Of a stretch of 64,000 nucleotides of DNA, positions 10,130 through 19,546 are shown in pieces. The position numbers and the translations under genes were made by a program. Below the pieces are notes generated by a model, which saw only the letters and a list, made by a program, of their open reading frames with translations, searched no databases and was not told where the DNA came from. Position 1 is the first letter of the stretch, and each line of letters starts with the position of its first letter. The DNA lies in NCBI GenBank assembly GCA_020054105.1, contig JAGVLW010000053.1, positions 4,698 through 68,697 on the forward strand, read 5' to 3'. This stretch comes from Alphaproteobacteria bacterium (GTDB lineage Bacteria > Pseudomonadota > Alphaproteobacteria > Rickettsiales > SXRF01).

Positions 10130-11197
10130 CTAAATTTTCTTGTTCTTTAGCCCAAAGACGTAAGAGATAATTTTTGCGACGGCTTCGTAATGCGCGGTCG
10201 GGATTTCCTCGCCGATCTCGGCGGAACTGAATAATGCCCGCGCCAGCGGCGGGTTCTCAATGACCGGCACGTTATTTTCCTCGGCGACCTGGCGGATGCG
10301 CAGTGCAATAAGGTCCTGCCCTTTGGCGGTGATGGTGGGGGCCTTCATGGCCTTGGGATCGTATTTCAGGGCGACGGCGAAATGGGTCGGGTTGGTGATG
10401 ACCACGTCGGATTTAGGCACATCGGCCATCATGCGCTTCATGGCGCGCTCGATGCGTAATCTTTTGATCTGCCCTTTAACCTTGGGATCGCCTTCCTGCT
10501 GCTTATATTCGTCTTTCACTTCCTGCTTAGTCATGCGCAACGATTTATTGAATTCATATTTCTGGTAGAGGAAATCGAACAGCGCGATAAAAGACAAGGC
10601 GATCGCCACGCCGATGCACATGTTCACGGCCATTTTCGACAGGAGCGATAAGATGATGAGCAGCGAGCTGTCGGGCAATTGCCGGATGAGCTTCAGCAGC
10701 GGCTCGACCGATATGTAGGCGATAATGCCGACGATGGTAACTTTTATGAGGTTTTTGATGAACTCGACGATGGTACGGGTGGAAAACAGTTTTTTTAACC
10801 CCTTCATCGGGGAAAGTTTGCTCCATTTTATAGACAGGGATTGCCAATATATGCCGAAACCACTTTGCATATATTTGGCGATAAAGGCCGACAGCATCAC
10901 GCAGCCTACCGGAATGGCAATGATGCCCAGGCCGCTATACACGGTGCTCATGAAAAGATGCCCAAGCGGATAGGGATCGGTGGGCATGGCGTCGAAATCG
11001 GTGATGAACGGCGTTAATAACGCTTTGGTATTTCTGAGTATGGAAGGCGCCCACGCGCCAACCGTGAAAGCAAGAATGATCAGGACAAGAAAATGCCCGA
11101 CCTCTCTCGAGAAAGGCAGATCGCCTTTTTGTGCGGCTTCTTCCAGCCGTTTGGAACTGGGTTCCTCTGTTTTACTCTCTTTATCCTCATCGGACAT
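10130..11197 (-). CDS. flhB: flagellar export apparatus protein FlhB
   Basis: 355 aa with four TM helices. NPTH autocleavage site (VVITNPTHFAVALKYD) and C-terminal PPLARALF. Confidence 0.93.
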   Translation of the reverse strand: MSDEDKESKTEEPSSKRLEEAAQKGDLPFSREVGHFLVLIILAFTVGAWAPSILRNTKALLTPFITDFDAMPTDPYPLGHLFMSTVYSGLGIIAIPVGCVMLSAFIAKYMQSGFGIYWQSLSIKWSKLSPMKGLKKLFSTRTIVEFIKNLIKVTIVGIIAYISVEPLLKLIRQLPDSSLLIILSLLSKMAVNMCIGVAIALSFIALFDFLYQKYEFNKSLRMTKQEVKDEYKQQEGDPKVKGQIKRLRIERAMKRMMADVPKSDVVITNPTHFAVALKYDPKAMKAPTITAKGQDLIALRIRQVAEENNVPVIENPPLARALFSSAEIGEEIPTAHYEAVAKIISYVFGLKNKKI

Positions 11198-11208
11198 GGG
11201 CTATATTC

Positions 11209-11967
11209 CTATGGGGTGAGAAAGGCTGCCAGCGTTTCTTTGAAATATTCCATATACCAGTACATCATGCTGGAAAACGTGACCATGAACAGGAAGAAAT
11301 TTATCAGGATCGCCGGTGCGGTCATCACGAAAAATCCCTGGATGGTCGGCACCAGGCGGGCGAGCAGGCCGACGCCGAGATTCAAGATGGTGCTGATGAT
11401 GATGAATGGCGCCGACATCTTCACGGCCATGATGAAGGCGCTGTTGAGCGTGTGTGACGCATGGTCGGCAAAATCCCCGACATTGGGAAATACACCCGGC
11501 AGGAACAGGCTATAGCTATCGACCACGCCGCGTAGCATCAGGTGATGCAAGTTCATGGAGAATAAAATGACCACAGCCGCAATGCCCATAAAGTTGCTGA
11601 GCGCCGCAGTCTGCCCCTGAATTTGTGTCACATCGACGGTGAGCAGCGATGCCAGGTTCGACTGAATGGAGATGATGGTGCCGGCGACGCTGACCGTGGA
11701 GATCAGGATACGGCTCAGGCCGCCGATGAACAAGCCGACCAGTGTTTCCGCCAGCATTAGGGACAGCAGCGCAAAGACGGTATCCGGCACGATAGGCAAG
11801 GTGAGCACCGGCGCCAATATGATGCTGAAGGCTCCGGCCAGAAAAAGCCGGAAGCGGCCGGGAACATAGGCCTCGCCGAAGCCGGGCAGCAGCATAATCG
11901 CCGCGCCAAGCCGACAAAACACCAGTAAAAACGCGAATATTTCCGAGACGAGCAAATCAGCGAGCAT
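11209..11967 (-). CDS. fliR: flagellar export apparatus protein FliR
   Basis: 252-aa polytopic protein between fliQ and flhB, with a FliR-like N-terminus (LLVFCRLGAAIMLLPGFG). Confidence 0.9.
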   Translation of the reverse strand: MLADLLVSEIFAFLLVFCRLGAAIMLLPGFGEAYVPGRFRLFLAGAFSIILAPVLTLPIVPDTVFALLSLMLAETLVGLFIGGLSRILISTVSVAGTIISIQSNLASLLTVDVTQIQGQTAALSNFMGIAAVVILFSMNLHHLMLRGVVDSYSLFLPGVFPNVGDFADHASHTLNSAFIMAVKMSAPFIIISTILNLGVGLLARLVPTIQGFFVMTAPAILINFFLFMVTFSSMMYWYMEYFKETLAAFLTP

Positions 11968-11983
11968 GACTACTCACCCGGCG

Positions 11984-12250
11984 TCATTGGATATGCACGA
12001 TCTTATCCTGGATCCTGTTTACCAGCTCATACAGATGCTGCAGCATGAACGGCATGGCGATAGAGAGCGTCAAAAATACGGCAAGGATTTTCGGCACGAA
12101 GGTCAATGTCGCTTCTTGCACCTGGGTGAGGGTTTGAAACAACGAGACGATAAGGCCGACAACGAGCGCGACACCCATCACCGGCGCGGAGACAACCAGA
12201 AGCACATAGATGGCCTCGCGGCAAATTTCAAATATTTCGGCAGGTTCCAT
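11984..12250 (-). CDS. fliQ: flagellar export apparatus protein FliQ
   Basis: 88 aa with two TM helices and the LFQTLTQVQEATLTFVPK signature. Confidence 0.9.
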   Translation of the reverse strand: MEPAEIFEICREAIYVLLVVSAPVMGVALVVGLIVSLFQTLTQVQEATLTFVPKILAVFLTLSIAMPFMLQHLYELVNRIQDKIVHIQ

Positions 12251-12309
12251 ACAGCACTTTCATGTTATTGCCTTGCCGTTATAGCGCAAACAAAAATCGC
12301 CGGCAGCAA

Positions 12310-12633
12310 TTAAATAGGCATGCGGATGATATCTTGATAGGCGCTGATGACCTTGTCGCGGATGGCGACGACCGTGCTGAGGGTCAATTCCGCGCTGCTG
12401 ACCGCCGAGACGAGGTCGGCCAGGTCGACCTTGCCGCCGGTGAGCGAATCTATTTTCAAGGCTTCGGTCTGGTACTGGTTTTCGATGGCGGTTTTCGCCG
12501 TGTCTTCCATCATCTGCGCGAAAGCCGATTTTGCGGTGCCGGCCTCGCCGCCTCCGGCTGCATCCTCAAGAGTTTGCTGGAGTTTGAGCTGGTTTTTATA
12601 GGCGTTGGCGGCAGACAGGGCGTTTATGGTCAT
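12310..12633 (-). CDS. fliE: flagellar hook-basal body complex protein FliE
   Basis: 107 aa. The C-terminus AELTLSTVVAIRDKVISAYQDIIRMPI is typical of FliE. Confidence 0.85.
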   Translation of the reverse strand: MTINALSAANAYKNQLKLQQTLEDAAGGGEAGTAKSAFAQMMEDTAKTAIENQYQTEALKIDSLTGGKVDLADLVSAVSSAELTLSTVVAIRDKVISAYQDIIRMPI

Positions 12634-12654
12634 AAAACTCTCACGGTTATATTA

Positions 12655-13062
12655 TTATCTCAGCAGATCGAGTGTTCTTGTCAGCATGGATTTTGACACT
12701 TCGATCACGCCCAGATTCGCCTCGTAGGCGCGGCGGGCTTCGCGCATGTCCATCATCTCGACGATGGTGGTGACGTTGGGATAAAGCACATAACCCTGCT
12801 CGTCGGCGGCGGGGTGTGTTGGCTCATATTTTTTATTGAACTCCGACATGTCATAACCGCGCTTGCTGATCTTGACGCTCTCAATGCCGGTATGTTTGTC
12901 CACCATGTTCTGGAAGACCAGAATCTTCCGGCGATAGGGAAGTTCGTCTGGCGTCTGGCCGGTCGAGTCGACATTGGAAATATTTTCAGCGATGATGTGC
13001 AGCCGGTCGCTCTGAGCTTTCATGCCCGCTGCCGCTATCTGCAAACTATCGTTTATGCCCAT
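12655..13062 (-). CDS. flgC: flagellar basal-body rod protein FlgC
   Basis: 135 aa, AAAGMKAQSDRLHIIAENISNVDST ... YPNVTTIVEMMDMREARRAYEANL. Confidence 0.92.
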   Translation of the reverse strand: MGINDSLQIAAAGMKAQSDRLHIIAENISNVDSTGQTPDELPYRRKILVFQNMVDKHTGIESVKISKRGYDMSEFNKKYEPTHPAADEQGYVLYPNVTTIVEMMDMREARRAYEANLGVIEVSKSMLTRTLDLLR

Positions 13063-13074
13063 ACATTACTCTTT

Positions 13075-13506
13075 CTATCCGTTAGGGCGGCCAAGGGCGG
13101 TTTTGAATAATTCCACCGATTTGCGGTACAGACTCAGTACCTTCTGGTATTCGGCCTGATTTTGCGAGATTTGCATCATTTCCTGCTCGAGCACGACGTT
13201 ATTGCCGTTGGGGTTGCGCTCATAGGTGGAATCCTTGCGCTCGATCGCGAAGATTTTTTTGCCGTGGCCGCTGCCGGTGATGTGCTTGGAATCGGTAACG
13301 GCTACCGGCAATTGTAGCGACGCATTGCGCGAGACGTTTTTGGTCATTGCCTTGAAATCCGGTTCAGTGATATCGCGGGCTTTGTAGTCGGGGGTGTCGG
13401 CATTGGCGACATTCTGCGCAAGCACGCCCTGTCGCTGGGAAAGATATTCCATCTTGTTTTTCATGATATTAAACAACGGCAAGTTCGTATAATTCATAAA
13501 AAACAA
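13075..13506 (-). CDS. flgB: flagellar basal-body rod protein FlgB
   Basis: LSQRQGVLAQNVANADTPDYKARD rod N-terminal motif and C-terminal EYQKVLSLYRKSVELFKTALG. The start is uncertain (13506 or the ATG at 13497). Confidence 0.88.
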   Translation of the reverse strand: MFFMNYTNLPLFNIMKNKMEYLSQRQGVLAQNVANADTPDYKARDITEPDFKAMTKNVSRNASLQLPVAVTDSKHITGSGHGKKIFAIERKDSTYERNPNGNNVVLEQEMMQISQNQAEYQKVLSLYRKSVELFKTALGRPNG

Positions 13507-13693
13507 TCAAATAAAAACATTGCTATATGGGTATATATTGCCTAGTTATTAGGCAAATAATAATCTATTTGCCGGATCATTACTACAGAAAAAATTGCTT
13601 TTCACATAGTTTTCGGTCACAAGCTATTATTCATTATTCATTGTAGCGAATTTTATGCCAACACGAAAATAAGTGCAAAGAGAACCAGTCTAA

Positions 13694-13960
13694 ATGCTTT
13701 ACCTGACCAGAAAAATCGGCGAATCGATCATCATCAACAACAATATCGAACTGACCGTGGTCGAAGTGCGCGGCAAAACGGTGAAGCTCGGATTTTTATT
13801 CCCCAAGGAAGCCACTATTCTGCGCAAAGAGCTGCACCAGAAAATCATGGAGCAGAATATTGCGGCTGCCGCGGCCGGAGACGACGAATTCCTCGATTTG
13901 GAATTCAATGCCGATGTGTTGAAGGATCCTGCCAAGGGTAAGGATGATGACCGAGGATGA
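13694..13960 (+). CDS. csrA: carbon storage regulator CsrA homologue with a C-terminal acidic extension
   Basis: MLYLTRKIGESIIINNNIELTVVEVRGKTVKLGFLFPKEATILRKELHQKI aligns along its whole length with the canonical CsrA fold (MLILTRRVGE...GVNAPKEV..REE). 88 aa. Confidence 0.9.
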   Translation: MLYLTRKIGESIIINNNIELTVVEVRGKTVKLGFLFPKEATILRKELHQKIMEQNIAAAAAGDDEFLDLEFNADVLKDPAKGKDDDRG

Positions 13961-14243
13961 ACCCAAGCCTTTTGACAAAAACAAACTCGCCGTCGCGCTG
14001 AAATACGAACGCGAAAAAAGCGATGCACCCGTTGTCAGCGCCAAGGGTAAAGGCTACATCGCCCGGCAGATTATTGAGCTGGCCAAACAGCACGATATTG
14101 AGGTAAGAGAAGATGCGGACCTGGCAACCTTGCTGTCGAAGCTCGAAATAAATACGCCGATTCCGCTCGAAGCCTATGCGGCGGTGGCGGAGATCCTGGC
14201 CTATGTCTACCGCACCAACGATAAGCTCAAGAGGAAATTATGA
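13944..14243 (+). CDS. stand-alone FlhB C-terminal-domain protein (EscU/YscU/FlhB switch-domain family, no NPTH)
   Basis: 99 aa. KLAVALKYEREKSDAPVVSAKGKGYIARQIIELAKQHDIEVREDADLATLL...PLEAYAAVAEILAYVY parallels flhB residues after NPTH in the same window. Confidence 0.8.
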   Translation: MMTEDEPKPFDKNKLAVALKYEREKSDAPVVSAKGKGYIARQIIELAKQHDIEVREDADLATLLSKLEINTPIPLEAYAAVAEILAYVYRTNDKLKRKL

Positions 14244-14584
14244 ACCAGCAGGCATCCGATAAGCTGTTTGGCGAGATTTCGCGCTACATCAATGATAGCC
14301 GCGCGATGCTGGAAAAAGGCCGGTTCCTCGAGCTTGTCGGCCTCGACGAGCAGGTGCAGTTGCTGTGTGAGGCGGTGCTGAAACTATCGCAACAAGAGAA
14401 AAGTATTTATGCCGATAAGCTCGAGCAGATCGTAAAGGATCTCGACGCGCTGGCGGAGGAAATGCATCGGCAAAAAGCGCTGGTCGCCGGTGAATTGTCG
14501 GGCATGTCGACTCATCGCAAGGCCAATATCGCCTACCAGCAGGCCGATGCGACCGACAGTTTCGGCAAGAAAAACGACGAATAA
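14240..14584 (+). CDS. hypothetical helical protein in the flagellar operon
   Basis: 114 aa with ATGA overlap to the upstream gene. No recognisable motif. Confidence 0.5.
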   Translation: MNQQASDKLFGEISRYINDSRAMLEKGRFLELVGLDEQVQLLCEAVLKLSQQEKSIYADKLEQIVKDLDALAEEMHRQKALVAGELSGMSTHRKANIAYQQADATDSFGKKNDE

Positions 14585-14602
14585 TTTTTTTCTAGGCAAG
14601 TC

Positions 14603-14884
14603 ATGGACACGGTCGATTACCCACGGTTTTTTCTGGCGCTGATTTTCGTCATCGGGCTGATCGGCCTTTGCGGCCTGCTGCTTCGGCGCTATGCGGCGGC
14701 GCAAAACCTGCCGCTTAAAGGCGCCAGCGCGCGCATGCGAATCATCGAGACGCGCCATCTCGACGCCAAGCGGCGATTGGTGCTGGTGGCGCGCGACGAA
14801 AAAGAATATCTGCTGCTATTGACAGACGGGCGCGAACAGGTTATAGATAGTTTTTCGCCAACGCAGACATCCTCAGGGCAATGA
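14603..14884 (+). CDS. fliO: flagellar biosynthesis protein FliO
   Basis: 93 aa with a single TM, then MRIIETRHLDAKRRLVLVARDEKEYLLLL, typical of FliO. Overlaps the fliP start. Confidence 0.7.
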   Translation: MDTVDYPRFFLALIFVIGLIGLCGLLLRRYAAAQNLPLKGASARMRIIETRHLDAKRRLVLVARDEKEYLLLLTDGREQVIDSFSPTQTSSGQ

Positions 14885-15618
14885 AGAAATTCCTATTTTT
14901 TGCGCTATTATTAGGGCTGGTCTTGCCGGACCCGCTGTTTGCGCAGTCGATGACATTCGATTTGGGTAATACCGAAGGCGGCACCGCTTCCGCGCGCCTC
15001 ATCCAGATCGTCGCGCTGCTCACGGTCATTACCCTGGCGCCGTCGATCCTGGTGATGATGACCTCGTTCATTCGCATCACCATTGTGCTGTCGTTTCTGC
15101 GCCTGGCGCTGGGCACGCAGCAGACGCCCGCCAACCAGATCATCATTTCGCTGGCGCTGTTCATGACGGCGTTCATCATGGCGCCGGCCTTCGAGAGGGC
15201 TTATAACGAAGGTGTGCAGCCGCTTCTGGAGGAAAAGATCGACGAGACGGAAGCGTTGGAGAAAATCGGCGCGCCGTTTCATGAATTCATGATACAGCAT
15301 GCGCGCCTCAAAGACATTGACCTGTTTATCTCCATGGCGCCGGGCATGAAAATCGAGAAGCCGGAAGATACCCCGTACCGCGTCCTGATTCCCGCCTTCA
15401 TGATCAGCGAGCTCAAGCGCGCCTTCGAGATCGGGTTTCTGATCTTCATTCCCTTCATCATTATCGATTTGCTCGTCGCCTCCATCATCATGGCGATGGG
15501 CATGACGTTGCTGCCGCCGGCGGTGGTATCATTGCCGTTCAAGCTCATTTTCTTCGTGCTGATAGACGGATGGTACATGATTTGCGGCAGCCTCATCCGC
15601 AGCTTCGGGACGGTCTGA
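14881..15618 (+). CDS. fliP: flagellar export apparatus protein FliP
   Basis: 245 aa. LLTVITLAPSILVMMTSFIRITIVLSFLRLALGTQQTPANQ and FMISELKRAFEIGFLIFIPFIIIDLLVAS signatures. Confidence 0.93.
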   Translation: MKKFLFFALLLGLVLPDPLFAQSMTFDLGNTEGGTASARLIQIVALLTVITLAPSILVMMTSFIRITIVLSFLRLALGTQQTPANQIIISLALFMTAFIMAPAFERAYNEGVQPLLEEKIDETEALEKIGAPFHEFMIQHARLKDIDLFISMAPGMKIEKPEDTPYRVLIPAFMISELKRAFEIGFLIFIPFIIIDLLVASIIMAMGMTLLPPAVVSLPFKLIFFVLIDGWYMICGSLIRSFGTV

Positions 15619-15619
15619 C

Positions 15620-15874
15620 ATGGATGTGCTCTCCGCCGTATTCGCCGCGTTTTTTATCGGGCTATTGATCGTGACCGCCATTACGTTTGGCCTGGGCCTT
15701 TTGGTCATGTTGGTGACTCTGGCGGTTTGTTCGCTGGCTTTTATTCTTATCAGGGAAAAATTGCGCCGCTGGCGGTTCATCCGCAGCGCCACGCCGCGGC
15801 CCGGCAAAGACAGCACGATTATCGAAGCGCAATACACCGAAATTACCCGTTCCGAAGATAGTCAAAAACATTAG
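15620..15874 (+). CDS. small two-TM membrane protein
   Basis: 84 aa, starting 1 nt after the fliP stop. Hydrophobic N-terminal half. Confidence 0.45.
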   Translation: MDVLSAVFAAFFIGLLIVTAITFGLGLLVMLVTLAVCSLAFILIREKLRRWRFIRSATPRPGKDSTIIEAQYTEITRSEDSQKH

Positions 15875-15880
15875 GGCAAT

Positions 15881-16114
15881 ATGCGTAAAACGATATTAAT
15901 CGCCGCTGTAATTTTATGCCTGGCTGGCTGCACGCAAGAAGGCGGTAAAGATTATGATGCGGCCGCCTGCCAGCTCCAGGGCCTTAAGCCGGGCACCACC
16001 GAATATGACCACTGCGTGGAGGAAGAAAAAGCACGCAAAATGCTTGCGCAGCAGCGCCAGGAATTCGAGCGGATGAAGCAGTACGACAGGGACAGCAAGT
16101 TGCGCGGATATTAG
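15881..16114 (+). CDS. small lipoprotein
   Basis: MRKTILIAAVILCLAGC lipobox. 77 aa. Confidence 0.55.
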   Translation: MRKTILIAAVILCLAGCTQEGGKDYDAAACQLQGLKPGTTEYDHCVEEEKARKMLAQQRQEFERMKQYDRDSKLRGY

Positions 16115-16116
16115 GC

Positions 16117-16596
16117 TCATTCTACCAGTAAGCTAGCCTTGACTTTTTCGATCAGCGCGGGGATGCCTGCCTCGATAAGGTCGAGCGTATATTCGAAGTC
16201 GGCCATGCCGCCATAATAAGGGTCCGGCACTTCCTTATTGCGCACATGTTGCGTGTATTCCAGAAAAAGGCCGATCTCCGCGGTGGCGTCGTCCGGCTGC
16301 ATGTAACGCAAAAAGCGCAGATGCGTGTAGTCCAGCGCGAGGATCAGATTGAATTCCTTGAAATCCGACGGGCTTATCTGCCTTGCACGCAGATCGTCGA
16401 TGCGGATGCCGCGTTGCCTGGCGGCCTTGACGGCGCGCATATCGGGCGGTTCATCGATGTGATACCCGTGCGTTCCGGCGGAATCGACCAGGATTTTCTC
16501 AGGCAGATCCGCCGCCGCCAGATGATGGCGTAATACGCCTTCGGCAGTGGGAGAGCGGCAGATATTTCCCGTGCAAACGAATAAAATCTTATACAT
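16117..16596 (-). CDS. low-molecular-weight protein-tyrosine phosphatase
   Basis: [20 protein letters not shown] (C-x5-R-S/T P-loop) with a DPYY motif near the C-terminus. Confidence 0.88.
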   Translation of the reverse strand: MYKILFVCTGNICRSPTAEGVLRHHLAAADLPEKILVDSAGTHGYHIDEPPDMRAVKAARQRGIRIDDLRARQISPSDFKEFNLILALDYTHLRFLRYMQPDDATAEIGLFLEYTQHVRNKEVPDPYYGGMADFEYTLDLIEAGIPALIEKVKASLLVE

Positions 16597-16669
16597 GTCT
16601 ATACGATTGGTTCTTTATGCATTATCATTGCAACGGTTCCGAGAGGAAATAAACAGGAATTTCTTAATT

Positions 16670-17689
16670 ATGCGTAAAATATCCCTTATAATCGCTATAG
16701 CGGGATTGCTGTTTTTCGCACCCGGCGATCAGTCGCGCGCCGCCGACGATGTGACCTTGCTCAACGTGTCCTACGATCCGACCCGCGAATTTTACGAGGA
16801 ATATAACGCGCTTTTTGCCGCCCATTGGAAAGAAAAAACCGACCAGAGCGTGACCATTGCCCAATCGCATGGTGGTTCCGGCAAGCAGGCGCGCTCGGTG
16901 ATCGATGGCCTGCAGGCCGACGTGGTGACGTTGGCTTTGGCCTATGACATCGACGAAATCGCCCTCAGGAGCCAGTTATTGCCGGCCGACTGGCAGCAGG
17001 CGCTTCCTTACAGCAGCACTCCCAGCAGCTCGACGATCGTGTTCCTGGTGCGCAAAGGCAACCCCAAGCACATCAAGGATTGGGACGATTTGGTGCGCGA
17101 TGACGTGAAAGTCATTACCCCTAACCCCAAAACCTCCGGCGGGGCGCGCTGGAATTACCTGGCAGCCTGGGCCTATGCCGTGCAGAAATTTTCCGGGGAC
17201 GAGGAAAAAATAAAAGCGTTCGTCAAAGCCCTCTATCATAACGTGCCGGTGCTCGATGCCGGGGCGAGAGGAGCCACCACCACCTTCGTGCGCCGCAATA
17301 TCGGCGACGTGCTGATTGTCTGGGAGAACGAAGCCTATCTGGCGCAAAACGAAATGCGCAAATCCGGCGCAGCCGGCGAATTTGAAATCGTCGTTCCTTC
17401 CATCAGCATCAAGGCCGAACCGTCGGTCGCCGTCGTGGAAAAGAATGCGCAACGCAAAGGTACGGCCGCGATTGCCAAAGCTTATCTGGAATATCTGTAC
17501 AGCCTTCCCGCGCAGGAACTGGCGGCGAAATATTATTACCGTCCCAGCGATGCGGATGTCGCCAAAAAACATAGCGCGCAATTCCCGGCCGTGCAGATGG
17601 TGACGATCGACGCGTTCGGCGGCTGGAAGGCGGCACAGAAGAAACATTTTGACGATGGCGGCGTCTTTGATACACTTTATGCGAAATAG
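16670..17689 (+). CDS. sbp: sulfate/thiosulfate-binding periplasmic protein (orphan, no cysTWA nearby)
   Basis: ATG at 16670 gives the signal peptide [36 protein letters not shown]...[30 protein letters not shown] is Sbp/CysP-like. Confidence 0.88.
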   Translation: MRKISLIIAIAGLLFFAPGDQSRAADDVTLLNVSYDPTREFYEEYNALFAAHWKEKTDQSVTIAQSHGGSGKQARSVIDGLQADVVTLALAYDIDEIALRSQLLPADWQQALPYSSTPSSSTIVFLVRKGNPKHIKDWDDLVRDDVKVITPNPKTSGGARWNYLAAWAYAVQKFSGDEEKIKAFVKALYHNVPVLDAGARGATTTFVRRNIGDVLIVWENEAYLAQNEMRKSGAAGEFEIVVPSISIKAEPSVAVVEKNAQRKGTAAIAKAYLEYLYSLPAQELAAKYYYRPSDADVAKKHSAQFPAVQMVTIDAFGGWKAAQKKHFDDGGVFDTLYAK

Positions 17690-17704
17690 ATCAGGAGGTA
17701 CGAT

Positions 17705-18202
17705 GTGGATACGGTTTTATACTACGATATCATGACGTCGCCGGTCGGCGACATCACCCTGGCCGCTACCGATAAGGGGCTGTGCGCGGTCTATTTCGGC
17801 AAAAGCAAAAAATCCTATTTTGCGTCCGATGCGGTGCTGGAGCGCAATCCCGGCCATAAAATCATCGCCGCGGCGAAGAAGCAGCTTTTGGAATATTTCG
17901 CCGGAAAGCGCCGCGCGTTCGATGTGCCCATCGATATTCGCGGCACGGTGTTTCAAATGAAAGCCTGGAAGGAATTACAGAAAATCCCTTATGCGCAGAC
18001 GATTTCCTACAGCGAGCAGGCAAAACGCATCGGCGATGTGAAAAAAGCCCGGCCGGCCGGCATGGCCAATGGCCGCAACCCCATCTCCATCATCATTCCC
18101 TGCCACCGCGTGATCGGCAGCTCCGGCGATCTGACGGGATATGCTTCGGGATTGAAGATCAAAGCGTACCTGCTCGGCTTGGAAAAGAAACACGCTGCAT
18201 GA
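17705..18202 (+). CDS. ogt: methylated-DNA--protein-cysteine methyltransferase
   Basis: Active-site IIIPCHRVIGSSGDLTGY. The start is uncertain (GTG at 17705 or ATG at 17732). Confidence 0.9.
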   Translation: MDTVLYYDIMTSPVGDITLAATDKGLCAVYFGKSKKSYFASDAVLERNPGHKIIAAAKKQLLEYFAGKRRAFDVPIDIRGTVFQMKAWKELQKIPYAQTISYSEQAKRIGDVKKARPAGMANGRNPISIIIPCHRVIGSSGDLTGYASGLKIKAYLLGLEKKHAA

Positions 18203-19479
18203 GTGATGTTGCGCGCAAGCGTTGGTACAGATCGCTTTACGCGCAGGTGCTTATCGCCATTGCCGTGGGTATTGCCTTCGGGCATTTCTGGCCGCAGCAG
18301 GCCGAGGCGATGAAGCCGCTGGCCGATGGGTTCATCAAGCTCATCAAAATGCTCATCGGGCCGATCATCTTCTGCACGATCGTGCATGGCGTTGCCGGTT
18401 CCGACAACATCAAACAGGTAGGCAGCGTCGGCGTCAAAGCCATCGGCTATTTCATGTGCATGACCATCTTTGCCATGCTGATCGGGCTGGCGGTGGTCAA
18501 TCTCCAGCAGCCGGGAAAAGGCATGGATATCGACCTGAAGCCACAGGCGCAAACGGTCGATAGCTCGAAAATGACTGTCACCGAAAAGCCGCAGAGCACG
18601 GTATCTTTCCTGCTGAACATCATTCCCAAGACCATGTCGTCAGCCTTTGTCGAGGGGAATATCCTGCAGATATTATTCATATCGCTGCTATGCGCCTTTG
18701 CGCTGGCGGGAATGGGCGAGCAGGGGAAGCCGCTGGCGAGAGGGATTGAAAGTTTCTCCGTCGTCTTGTTTCGCATCGTCAACATGGTTGTAAAACTGGC
18801 GCCGATCGGCGCGTTCGGTGCGATGGCCTATACGATCGGCGCGCACGGCATCGATGCGCTGGTAAATTTATTTAAGCTGATGATGGATTTCTACATCACC
18901 TGCTTTCTGTTTATTTTTCTCGTGCTGGGCGCGGTAATGCGGCTGGTGGGAATTCCCCTGATCGCGTTTCTGAAATACATCAAGGAAGAAATCTTTATCG
19001 TCATCGGCACGTCGTCGTCCGAGAGCGTGCTGCCGCAGATGATTTCCAAGCTCACGCAGCTGGGCTGCAGCAAAAGCGTCGCCGGGCTGGTCATTCCCAC
19101 CGGCTATTCGTTCAATCTCGACGGCACGGCCATCTACCTGACGATGGGGGCGGTGTTTATCGCCCAGGCGACCAACACCCCCATGTCGCTGTCCGACCAG
19201 CTATTCCTGCTGGGGCTGCTTATTATCACCTCCAAAGGCGCCGCCGGCGTGACCGGCAGCGGCTTTATCGTGCTGGCCGCCACCTTGTCGTCGATGCAGC
19301 TTATGTCGCCGGCGCTGCTAACCATCGCGCTGGCACAGATTTTTGCCATCGACCGGTTCATGTCGGAGGCGCGGGCGCTGACCAACCTGATCGGCAACGG
19401 CGTGGCGACGCTGGTGATCGCCAAATGGGAGAATGCGCTCGATATGAAGCAGGCCAGGTGCGTGCTTATGATAAAGTAA
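18199..19479 (+). CDS. dctA: C4-dicarboxylate/cation symporter (DAACS family)
   Basis: 426 aa. WYRSLYAQVLIAIAVGIAFGHFWP, FIKLIKMLIGPIIFCTIV and SSSESVLP motifs. Confidence 0.92.
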   Translation: MSDVARKRWYRSLYAQVLIAIAVGIAFGHFWPQQAEAMKPLADGFIKLIKMLIGPIIFCTIVHGVAGSDNIKQVGSVGVKAIGYFMCMTIFAMLIGLAVVNLQQPGKGMDIDLKPQAQTVDSSKMTVTEKPQSTVSFLLNIIPKTMSSAFVEGNILQILFISLLCAFALAGMGEQGKPLARGIESFSVVLFRIVNMVVKLAPIGAFGAMAYTIGAHGIDALVNLFKLMMDFYITCFLFIFLVLGAVMRLVGIPLIAFLKYIKEEIFIVIGTSSSESVLPQMISKLTQLGCSKSVAGLVIPTGYSFNLDGTAIYLTMGAVFIAQATNTPMSLSDQLFLLGLLIITSKGAAGVTGSGFIVLAATLSSMQLMSPALLTIALAQIFAIDRFMSEARALTNLIGNGVATLVIAKWENALDMKQARCVLMIK

Positions 19480-19546
19480 AATTGACCTAATCGCCGGAAA
19501 CCACTAGGTTGCGCGCTCTTTAAATCCAAGGGCTAGCGACAATACA

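Noticed and set aside
13507-13693. Sigma-54 or sigma-28 flagellar promoters
   Set aside because: GG and GC dinucleotides at the required 10-nt spacing, and TAAA-N15-GCCGATAA, could not be fitted. Only the palindromes are reported.
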